A DNA stretch of 64,000 nucleotides from Octopus vulgaris (Eukaryota), in NCBI GenBank assembly GCA_951406725.2, contig OX597817.1, forward strand, positions 106,826,001 to 106,890,000. Direction: 5' to 3'. The translations under genes were made by a program, and so were the position numbers. This document shows, piece after piece, positions 11,615-23,275 of the stretch. Numbering within the stretch: the first letter of the stretch is position 1; each line of letters opens with the position of its first letter. The notes under the pieces are model-generated. The model was not told the origin of the DNA. It ran no database searches and saw only the letters and a list, made by a program, of their open reading frames with translations.

Positions 11615-12760
11615 TCTTTTATTCATTCAATTGGCCACAAGGGTCTTACAAAGAAAGGAAGGTACGGGCTGGACATGGACATAATGAGATGAAATGATTG
11701 ACGATATGATAATAATGAGGGCAACAGCAACGCCTGCCAATTGCTGTTTACCTGAGCACATTGTTCTTTATAAATACAATTTGAGGCAACAAACCTCTTA
11801 CATCACAAAACATAAAGGAAGCAATTAACCTCTTACAAAAAAGCCATTATGAGGCAGTAACCTCTTACATAAGTCAAAACACAGTAATTACAATAAATCA
11901 ATACAAATGAGGCACCAAGCCTCTTACTTTAATTTATTATGAGTCTTCCAGACCGAGTAGACTTCTCACCTTGGTCAAGATGTCAAGTCGAGCCGCTTGA
12001 ATACAAAATTGAAAGGGTCCGCCAGGAAGGAGTTCATTATCCTGCACAGATCTGTCTCCCATATGACCTCCGCAGCCACCTGCAAAGGCCAGTCAGGGTC
12101 CTCCGTGCAGGACAGAATCCCCTACCTTCGGCCTTTCCTTTTAAATTTCTTGATGAAGTTTTCTATTGTCCCTCCATTATAGAAGAGGACCACAAACTCC
12201 TCCTCCACAGCATGGGAGGCATCTACAGTCTCTACATTCGGTGGCACAATTCCCACGGTACTTTGGGACACACCAGCAGTGTATCACAAACTGCCGGCAA
12301 TGTCCCATTTTTCTTTTTTTTCCTCTTTTTTTCTTGAGCCACGGGAGGGTGGTGTTCCTCTGCTTTGTCCAATGTTGCCCACCTTTCGTTTCTTTCCTTT
12401 TTTCAAGGAAGTTTCCATCTCTTTGACTTCCTCCCTCTCTTCCTCCAATGAGGGAGCAGGTAGCAGTAATTTAATCAACTCCTCCAGGACCTTATTTTGG
12501 TCCTTCGGGCAGTTCTTTTTAATATGGCCTGGCTCCAGGCACAGGTGACACTTGGGGAGGGGGGGTCGTCCCTCAAGCATCACCGGATACCTAGACCCAG
12601 CAATACTTAAAAAATCTGGAAATACCAGATTTTTGGCTGATTGGGTCCATAGGATCAAAACAGCTTTTGACCCCTCCAAATCAGCCACAGGCAAAATGTT
12701 CATATTGAGTAGCTTGGTACTGCTACCACCCAGACCCGAATTTATGTATAATGTAAACAA
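11615..12760 (-). mobile_element. Gag/ORF1-like zinc-knuckle retroelement remnant (Tx1/L1 ORF1-like), no RT seen
   Basis: CCHC knuckle CHLCLEPGHIKKNC preceded by PDFLSIAG.RYPV.LEGRPP, followed by an acidic/basic tail; AATAAA near 11617-11622 on the minus strand. Confidence 0.6.
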
Positions 12761-13470
12761 GCTAAAATTTAGTTCCTTGCAATCTGCAGAAAGAGTGAAA
12801 ATGGCTGACAGAAACCCAATGAATTACAGCTTTGGTGTAGTAAAATTATCTTGATGGAAAACCAAAAGTAACAACTTTTTGCTGGGTATCCCATTTCAGG
12901 TAAAGCTATATTTTATAAATCTAATTTGTTAGTACATGCAGATTAGGAATAACATGTAACATACACCTAATGGCAACTACCTATGTTAGTTTTCATATAT
13001 CAATTTTACTAATAATACTTTAAGGATTAGGGTTAGGTTTTCTTTTACAGTGTTATTGAAAAGATGGCAAAAGAAGAAAAAGAAAACTGAAATATTTAGT
13101 ATTTTAAGCATAAACTTTCTGTTATGCTTGTAATGACCAAAACATTTGAGAATGGACATCAAGAAGCAAAAAGAAACCAGCAGTTACCAACACTTGACTG
13201 ATATTTTATAAAAGCAACAGGTAATGATTCACAAATCAAAAGGGATCAACAAATTCCATAACAATCATAGACCAGTGGCTTAGCTACTATGACAAAAGTT
13301 CAAAATCTCAACTAAAGGAAACAGGAAGTAACACAAATGAGAGATTGCATTACTTCCTGTATCCTTTAGTTGCTGAGACAAGATCTACAGCTGAAACAAC
13401 AAAATTTCAAGAATCTCAATTATCTTGGTCATTGAGGCGTCTTAGCTAAGGATGAACTCATACTAGTGCT

Positions 13471-13697
13471 TTAACCCTTTAGCAATTAATCCAGCCATAT
13501 CTAGCCCAAATATTCTACCTGTTTTATGTTCCAACTGTCCAGATCTAGCCTTCACATCATCCCTACAGTGTCAGTCTAAAAATAAGTAATCACATCACTG
13601 AAATCTTGAAACTACAAGATAAAGCATAATTAATTTTTTAAAATGTGAATAAATAAACTTTACATTTGACAGAGTAATATGAATGCTAAAGGGTTAA
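13471..13697. mobile_element. piggyBac-type MITE with TTAA target duplication
   Basis: TTAA-CCCTTTAGCA ... TGCTAAAGGG-TTAA termini. Confidence 0.8.
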
Positions 13698-13751
13698 GGT
13701 CTTTTGAAGCAATGTCACTGGAACCACCCAAATGAAAACTCTAAACTGTCA

Positions 13752-13967
13752 TTAATCTTTAGCATTCAGCTTACCCTATCAAATGTAATGCTTATTTATC
13801 CACATTGTTTTTAATTAATTATGCATTATCTTGTAGCTTTGAGATTTCAATGATGTGATTGTATATATATATATATTCTTTAATGACATTGTTGGATAGG
13901 TGTGAAAGGTTGGCTTTAGCTAGTTTGAACATTCAACAGATAGAATATTTTGAATGCTAAAGGATTA
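13752..13967. mobile_element. Second, more diverged copy of the same MITE in the opposite orientation
   Basis: TTAATCTTTAGCATTC ... GAATGCTAAAGGATTAA; interior is the reverse complement of 13475-13693. Confidence 0.75.
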
Positions 13968-14199
13968 AAAAACTTAGTTAGCTTTTGTTCAAAGGGGCTT
14001 TTCCAGTTGATTTAGATAATTCAGCAATAGAAACTTTTATTAAAGAACATTCAAAATGATGTTGATATTAACCTTGTAGGTGAACTGACACACTTCCATT
14101 CATACACCAAATAGAACTATTAAGGAAAAGAACATATTTACTACAAAGTTCTGCATCAAACCATTTTGTAAGATAATATTCGTTTAGCGTTCCTTAACT

Positions 14200-14450
14200 G
14201 GAGACAATACAATGACTCTTCATATGTAAACCTACACCGAAGACATACAAACACAGAAAACTTGCTAATTTCTGCATAGATTGAAAGCATGATGAACCAC
14301 CTTAATTGATTTTTTGACTATACCAAGGGAGCAAGAAACTGTTCAGGAGAAGGATTATTTTTGCAGCTAAAGAGAATCCAACACAAACTGAAATCAACAG
14401 AATTTTAAGAACGACTGTCTGCATTATGTACATAGAAAGCAATAAGCTGT
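14200..14450 (+). mobile_element. hAT transposase C-terminal dimerisation-domain remnant
   Basis: Frame through 14343 reads NCSGEGLFLQLKRIQHKLKSTEF*ERLSAL, resembling the hAT/ZMYM1-like NCSGERSFSKLKRIKNxLRSTMxQERLxAL. Confidence 0.6.
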
Positions 14451-15899
14451 GTACCTAGCCATATGAAGAAACAATAACTGTTAAATTTACTTTTTATTTA
14501 TTCCTTGAGGTGTCAAAATTTTCAACACACCACTGCAACTGGATCACCAATACAATGTGTTTTTAGATAACTAACAGCTGAAAGAATAAAATTTCAAGAA
14601 TCTCAGTGATCTTGGTAAGTGAAGTGTCTTAGCTAAGGAAGAACTCATACTGTCTCAAATCAAGTCATTTACCAGACAAGTACAATTCCAAAAATTAATT
14701 ATCTTGCTTTTCAGAAACCAAGAAAGAAAATATTTAAAATTATTTAAGCATTAATGTGCTATTAAATAATTAAAAAGTATATATATGTTAGCAATTTTTG
14801 TGAGACCTAGAGTAATTTTTTAACAAGGAACCTCCAAGCTTTCTATAGCTTAGGTTCTTACTGAATCCAAATCCAGCACTGATAATATATATAGGGCTAC
14901 ATTATTCAATATCTTTTACATTTTCTTGAAGATGATAGAGTATGAAGTGATAAAGATTTTGGTTATATTTTTAGTCAGCAAGTAGTCCCATAAAGATTCA
15001 AACATCAGAGTGATTTTGGCTGTGATGGCTTTCACCATAGATTTGCTCAATAAGGACTGAGCTGGAGTTAAAGAGCAACAACATCAAACTTGACATCCTA
15101 GTAATAGAATATAAGAGAGTCAATATGAATTGTTAGAAATAGTACTCCAATGTCCTTCAAAGTTACACCCTGTAATCTTAGAAAAGAAAGATACATTGGA
15201 ATGTGCTATTATTTACTAGATTATTTGTGTCTAAAAAAGATAGGATGGCCACTGCTGGAATGTTTTTGATCACAGGTCTATTCTGTGAGGGCTGACCTGG
15301 GAGACAACAACATCTGCATACCTGCTTCTTAAAGACTTCATAAATATATCTTCTCCAAAATACAAAATGAATTTGATACAAAAAAAATTGCTTTATGTGT
15401 TATAGATTACAGTTTGAAAAAATATAAAAGAGGATATACTACTAAAAATCAAAGCAAAAAATACTAAGTAACTTGAGTGTTATGATTAATAAGTTGTAAA
15501 ACTTGACAAAGACATGTTGTTCTCCAAAAGCAGAATTATGTTACTATCATTGAATCTAAATAGCATGATCCAAAGTAGCCTTAGTAGATAAATAAATGAG
15601 ATGAAAACACTGTTGGGTGTGGGAAGATTAAGTGGACCCATAGTACAATTTCTATCTATTTATTCTCCAGAGATATACTTTTACTTGTAGTGTTAATAAC
15701 CTTTTATTTTATTTATTTATTCATTTATTTATTTACTATATAGTGCATGATCAGTTGTTTTATGTCTGGAATAAGAAATACTTTGCTTAATTGAAATTAT
15801 ATGAAAGACAGAACAAAAGGTAAAACAATACTGAAGTAAAGAAACATTTAACAGATCAAAATACATATAAATAAATTTTCAACACCATCTGCCTTCATA

Positions 15900-16011
15900 T
15901 AGACAGACAAACAGGTAGGTAGGTAGTTAGGTAGCTAGCTATGTAGACAGACAGATAGATAGATATACAGATAGGTATATAGACAGATAGATAGATAGAT
16001 ATACAGGTAGG

Positions 16012-16066
<55 letters not shown>

Positions 16067-16170
16067 ATAGACAGATAGATAGACAGACAGATAAATAGAC
16101 AGATAGACAGACAGATAGATAGATAGATAGATATATAGATAGATAGACATGTAGGTAGGTAGATAGATTA
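15900..16170. repeat. (GATA)n/(GACA)n/(GGTA)n microsatellite
   Basis: Directly visible. Confidence 0.95.
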
Positions 16171-17322
16171 ATAGAGATCTTTTCAATGAAGTGGCATGTA
16201 CAACATTAGAAGAAAAATTATAAATCTCCATTCTTTGTATCTGTCCTGTCTCCCTCTTGTTTTCCTCTAACTTTCTCTCTATAATCCTTTCTAGTGTAGG
16301 CACAAGGCCTGAAATTTGGGGTAAGGGATTAAGTTGATTACATCAACCCAGTGCATAACTGGTACTTATTTAATCAACCCTGAAAGGATGAAAGGTAAAG
16401 TTGACCTTGGCGGAGTTTGAACTCAGAACACAGCAACAGGCGAAATACTGCTAAGCATTTCGTCCAGCATGCTAATGATTCTACCAGCTTGCCACCTTAA
16501 TCTTTCTCTATATAATGACCTGCATTTACACAAATGCACAGTTACATTCAGTATTATCTGTCTGTGTCACAATATGTATGAATGTATATACATGGATAAA
16601 CACATAATTTTCTCAACACGATTGTTAAAAGGAGTTTGTTTAATTATAAAGCTAACACTTATGATGATAAGAAATTTCTTTGTATAACTATAGAAGTGTG
16701 TATACACAACCTTGTTTTCTCCTAACTTCCTGAAAAATGAATATTCTTTAACAAAATTTTCTGCAAATACATTTCAGGTGATGTAGATTATAATTCTATT
16801 GGAATTTGTTGTGACCATTTTTTCGGAGAGGGGTAAGGAGTTTCAGATAATTCACATTCTTTGACATTGTTCCTCATAAGTTTTCATGAGGTAGATTACA
16901 ATTTATCTTATATTTTTTACTTGTTTTAGTCATTCACTTACAGCTATGCTGGGGCACTACCATGAAAATTTTTAGTCAAATGAATTGATATAAGTACTTA
17001 CTTTTTGTTTTTTTTTTAAGCTTGGTACTTATTCTATCAGTCACTTTTTTCAAACTGCTAAGTTATGGTAACAAACACACACACACACTCATACATATCA
17101 CAGGCTTCTTTCAGTTTCACCACTACAAGCTCATGAAGTTTAAGTTGAAAATTGAACTTGTAATGCTATGTTTTCATCATTGATTCTTAGAAGAAATACT
17201 TAGTGTTGCAGAAGCATAATTTTTCATCACTGTCAAGTCCAGGCATGGTCAGATTACATGCATTCTATTTTTTACTGTTTTTACAGTAACAATAAAAGAG
17301 AGGGTCAAAATCATTTAGGTAT

Positions 17323-17372
<50 letters not shown>

Positions 17373-17403
17373 TGTGTAGTGGTGGTGGTGGTGGTGGTGG
17401 TGG
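17323..17403. repeat. (GTA)n-(GTG)n trinucleotide repeat
   Basis: Directly visible. Confidence 0.95.
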
Positions 17404-17528
17404 TAGCAGTAGTGCAAATAGTTTAATTCTTGAAACATCATTGCTAAACACTGTCAAATCCAAATTTGATAGAGCAAAAATGAATGTTTGCTTTTTCTTC
17501 TCTTCCTGAGTTTTGGGATTTGCTTGTA

Positions 17529-17868
17529 TCACACTGCTCTAAAAGATAAAGACCCCCTTCAGTCATGAATGACCATGGGATCGCTGTAGAAAGTTCTCTT
17601 CTAAGGCACAAGTCTGGGGAAGGATGTCTATGGAAGACTAGCAGTTGCCCATGCTTACCAGCCTCCCCTCTCCATGCCACCGTTGTTATTCAAGGGAAAG
17701 GCAAAGGTCAATACAGCTTGGCACCAGTGACATCGCAAAACTCATCTCTACAGCTGAGTGAACTGAAGTAACATGAAATAAAGTGTCTTGTTTGAGAACA
17801 ACACACAGCCCAGTCCGGGAATCAAACTCACTACCTCATGATTGTGAGCCCCTTCACACTGCTCTAAA
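17529..17868 (-). mobile_element. SINE family D copy with 15-bp target-site duplication
   Basis: TCACACTGCTCTAAA at 17529-17543 and 17854-17868; interior is the reverse complement of 47470-47765. Confidence 0.8.
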
Positions 17869-20800
17869 TCCACTTGAACTTATGGAAATACAACATGTCC
17901 CAGCTAAAAAAAAATGTAATTAAAATAAATAATATTAAAGGGCAAATTCACTGACATAACCAATTTCAGATCTATTTACATTATAAGATACATTTTAAAT
18001 ATAATGAAAACAGTCATAATTCAATCTCCTTTATCACACTGAATCTCTTGCTCCTTTTTCAGTGGCTATCAGTAAAGCTTCTGTAGAACCAGATCTACTG
18101 GATACCTACTTTCTTACACTATACATTAGTGGTCCCTGACCTGTCAGAACTTTAGCAAATACTCTGTTGTTGTTATTTTTTACATCAAAGTCTTTATCAT
18201 CATCATCATCATCATTGTCATTTAACATTCGCCTTCCATGTGGCATAAATTGGACAGTTTGGCAGGACTGGTAAGCCAGAGGATTGCACCAAGCTCTATT
18301 GTCTGCTTTGGCATGGTTTCTAAGGTTGGATGCCCTTTCTAGTGCCAACCACTTTACAAATTGTGCTGGATGCTTTTTATGAGGCACCAGCAAGGTCACC
18401 ACATAACTTATAAGACAAGACTGAGGTGGGAGTAATAATGAGGGAGGTGGTGGCTTTGTGCCTGGTGATGAGAGGTTAAAGTATGATAGAGGCATAGGAA
18501 CAGGTGTCTTGCACAGAGAGAGAGAGATGCATGGCTACCCTAGTTGGAAAAGGAGAGGAGAGAGATAGGGAGAAAGGGGAGAGAGGAGAGAAGGGAGAAA
18601 GAGAGGAGAGAGAGAAAGACAGACAGAGAGTGAAAGAGAAAGAAGGAGTGAAGATGGTGAAGATGTGTCCGGATATACTTTTAAGTTACAGGGAGGGGTA
18701 TTCAAGTGAGTGGTACAGAGGATTGGAAAGGATGTGTGAGCAGTTAAGTTCATGAGAGTGCAAAAGGAGAGTGGAAGATGGCAGGGAAAGGAATACAGTG
18801 AGTGAACATGGGTGAAGGGAGGGGGAGCTAGAAAGAAGAGTTGCAGAGAAAAGGGTTTCTCATTACACTATTTCCATCACATGTATTAATAGAGCTTTTT
18901 CCAACTCACTATTAACTTAGGTATGACTCAGGGATCAGTTATATTCTCCATATTTCTCCTTCATAATAACAGCTTACCTGCAAACACATGAGCAAATGAC
19001 ACTACCTTTCACTGTTTAATAGCCATTCATATCCATGTAGACACATCACACCAAGTATGCTCTACTCCCATGAACAAAGACTTTGAAAACATTCTCAATG
19101 AAAACAACAATATAGACCCCTTCAAAAAGACCAAAAAACAGTCACTATATTTATCAGAGAAACATACATTACAAATAAAATGGCTACTAACTTACAGATG
19201 GGCTTCACAATCTTTGATGGTCATTCATAGCAACTGTCAACATCATCCTCATCATTATTTTGATGTCCACTTTCCCATGCTTGCATGATTGGATGGAATT
19301 TGTCAAAATAGATTTTCTACAGCCTGATGTCCTATCTGTTGTCTACCCTCACTCGTTTCTAAGGAAGCTAATATTTCCCCATAACCAAATATGTTTTTAA
19401 AGAATAATGGAAACAAAGGCCACTGCTTGCATTACTGGGACACTTGCTCACAACTGTTACGCAATGTTAAGGCAAAGAAACAATAACACACACATACACA
19501 AATATATATACAATAGGATTCGTTCAGTTTCTGGCTGTCTACTGCATCCACTAACAAGGCTTTGGTTGGACTGGGCTATAGTGGAAGACATTTGCCCAAG
19601 ATACCATACAATGTTATTGAACCTGGAACCATGTGGTTGGGAAGCAAACTTCTTACCACTCAGCCATGCCTGCAGATATATATCTATAATCTGAAACTAC
19701 ATCTCAAAGGCAAGGCCTTCTCTTCAAGGTAATAAATAATTCCAACTGTAAACAACTACTAACTAGCATCAACTAATGAAAATTCATCAATTATGAACTC
19801 ACTAATTTAGGAGGCCATGAAAATATTAAGGACTTGACCCTCCTACCTTTGAGTAAAATGAAAAAATATAAAGTAATCATAACATTCTTCAAACATTCAA
19901 TGTTTCATGTTGTATGTTTAAACATATTAAGAGAAATTTTCAATTTATAAATTGCTGTCTCTTGCTGCTGCTACTTAAGGAGGCCTTTGGTAAGGATATA
20001 GCAAACATTCAGAGAATGTATGTGTGGTATGTTGATTTAATCAGCGTTCCAATAATGAGTATTGTATCTGAAGATTTATATCTTGATGCACATGGTCTTC
20101 TTTTTCAAAACTGGTAGATATGACTGCCACACCAAGCAGACAAACTCCATAGAAGCTCTGTCACAAACTTGAAAGAACCATGTGCATTTTAATTACACTG
20201 TTGCTTAGCTCCAGGTCAATCTTGGTTCTTGAGAAGACCTGTGATGAAATGTATTTAGACCATGACCATCCAATGTGTTCTTCCTTTCCTAAGCTGATGT
20301 TATGATTAGAAGGAGATGCTACAACAGATCAAGCAATCATATATAGACTCTCTCATTGGTTTGATGTTTTACTAAATAAAAATAGGATAGGGTGAATATC
20401 ACCAAGTATATTGATATAAAGCAATCTTGATGCCAATTTCAAAATTCTGCAAGTGACAATAAAAGCAAAACTACTTTTGGTAACATGGATAGAAAAAAAT
20501 AAAAGATAGTTTCTAGCTTTCATTGACTTGAAATCAAATAGTCAACATTGACATGAATGTGAAGAGAGAATTAACTAACTATTCAAATAAAACTTCTACA
20601 ATATAATAAAACTGAAAAAAAAATACTGGTATTATACAGATAGTTTTGTTAAAAAATTGAAGTGAACTAATTCAATGTAATACCTGGATGATTTTTTCCC
20701 CCAGTATAAAATAAACCTTTGATTAGATCAGATAAAGATAGTGTAAAAAAATCAACTAATTAATTATGGAATTCCATGACTTTATATCTTTCAAACCCAT

Positions 20801-22544
20801 AACCTGTTTCAGTTTTAATCTGACATTTCAATCAGCACTATATGACCTTATAGCTGCAGAGATTTGTGCTGTTTTAGCACAAACAGAAATTTAGTATCAG
20901 GTATTTGGATGTAGTTTCTAACAAATGTTTCCAAAAGCTGGATGCCCTTTCAACAACTCAACAATATTATGAATTCTAACTCAAATTTGGTTTATATATA
21001 TGGAGCAGGAAGCAGTCTATTTTACTGGTACTTAATTTACTGACCACAGGAGGACAAAAGACAAGGACAACCTCAGTGAAATTTGAAATCAGAATGTAAA
21101 GGAACACATTTAAAATACCACAAGGTATTTTGTCCAGTTCTCCACTGATTCTGCCAATCTACCATGCTCTGTTTAACCATAATATTACAGTTGAAGTTTG
21201 TAACTAAACAGAGATTTGCAGAGCTACCTGCATTCTCCAGGGGCACAATGCAATGGTTAGGGAAGGTTTGAACTTACAACCAATATTGAAAATATCTTAG
21301 CCATCTTTGAAAATTTAAATCTGAGAGAGAGAGAGAAAAGATAAGGGGGTTGATAAAGAAGAGAGAGAGAGAGAAAGAAACTAGAAAGGAAGATGATAGA
21401 TAGATATATATAGAGAGAAAAAAAAGATAAAGAATTGATAAAGTCAGAGAGAGAGAGAATTAAGCAATAATGAAAGTGAATGTTTAGAAAGTTTCATAGT
21501 AAAATATGACTCAGTCCACTAACTTATTAGTATAAGCAAGCATCTGATAGCTGTTGATACACACACACACACACACACTTTCAATTGTTGCTGTTGTTTA
21601 ATCTAAGGTCAGTCTTGATTCAACATATATGATGAGAAACTTTTTAGTCAATATCATATTTTTTTTTAAGATGGCAGGATATCATTTGAAAGAGATTTGG
21701 CCATTCCTAATAGATCAAGCAGCCACATCAGATTTTCTATCTTCAATAATATATATGGATGGTAATAAGTGCATATTATGCTTTAAAGATATACGAGACT
21801 TGACTTTATGAACAGTTGTTACCAAAAACCCACACACCAAAACTGAATCGTGTCAGTGTTTATATTCTGCAAGACCCGGTTGCAGCTAAAAATAACTGTT
21901 CTTATCTGATTGCTGGAACCAAAACACAAGATAATATAGTTTTTAAATGAGGGAAGGGAGGTGGGTGCTATTCACAAAAATCCACCTGAATAAGACTCAG
22001 ATATTACATTATGAAATATAAGCCTTATGACTCAGAAGAAACTACACTCTGGTCTGTATTAAAAGCTGTTTTATGAAAAAGTTATTTTAAAAGGATGATG
22101 TGCAGGTGTGGCCGTAGGGTAAGAAGTTTGCTTCCCAACCATATGGTTCTGGATTCAGTTCCATTGTATGACACCTTGGGCAAGTGTCTTCTACTATAGC
22201 CCTAGGTTGACCAAAGGCTTGTAAGTGGATATGGTACATGGAAACTGAAAGAAGCCTATTGTATATGCATGTATGTGTATGTATGGGTGTGTTCATGTTT
22301 GTGTCGCCTTGTTTTGACATTGAATGGTAGTTGTAAATGGCTGTCACTGCCATACAAGCAGTGTTCATTCTGATCTTGAGAAAATATTACCTTGCTTGGA
22401 AATAGGTGAGGGTTGGTGAGAGGAAAGGCATCCAGCAATAGAAAATCTGTTTCAATAAACACCATTCATTCCATGCAAGCATGGAAAAATTGATAACAAT
22501 GATGATGATGATCTCAAATGGAACCTGATTGTAAAATTTCCCTC

Positions 22545-23275
22545 TTTCAGCTCTTTATGTCTTGAGTTCAAATTCTGTTAAGGTTAACTTTGCCTTTCGT
22601 TCTTTTGGAGTTGATAAAATAAGTATCAGTTAAACATTGGGGTTGATGTAATCAGCTTGGTGGCGAGCTGGTAGAATCATTAGCATGCTGGATGAAATGC
22701 TTAGCAATATTTCATCCATTGCTATGTTCTGAGTTCAAATTCTACTGGGGTCAACTTTGCCTTTCATCCTTTCAGGGTCGATAAATTAAGTACCAGTGAA
22801 ACACTGGGTTTGATGTAATCGACTAGTCTCCCCAACCCACCCAAATTTCAAGCCTTGTGCCTATAGTAGCAAGGATTATTATTATTAAGGTAGCAAAGGT
22901 GGCAGGTTGGCAGAATCATTAGCAGACAGGATAAAATGCTTGGCAGCATTTCCTTTCATCCTTTCAGAGTCAATAAATATCAGTTGAGCACTGAGGTAAA
23001 TGTAAGTAACCCCTCCTCCAAAATTTCAGGCTTTGTTCCTATAGCAGAAAGGATTAGAGGTAGCAAGCTGGCAGAATCATTACCATGCTGGACAAAATGC
23101 TTTGTGACATTTCTTCCAGCTTTATGTTCTGAGTTCAAATTCTGCCAAGGTTGACTTTGCCTTTCATCCTATCAAGGTCAATGAAATAGATACTAATTAA
23201 GCATTGGGGTCGATGTAGTAAACTTGCCCTCTCCTGCCAAATTCCAGGTTTTGTGCCTGTAGCAGAAGGATTATT
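22545..23275 (+). mobile_element. Head-to-tail cluster of four family B SINE copies
   Basis: The CCTTTC(A/G)T.C(C/T)T core recurs near 22593, 22760, 22952 and 23160, all in the same orientation. Confidence 0.8.

Noticed and set aside
11783-11927. Repeat-spacer pattern resembling a CRISPR array
   Set aside because: Eukaryotic context, degenerate 18-19 nt repeats, irregular spacers, no cas genes; lies in a retroelement UTR.
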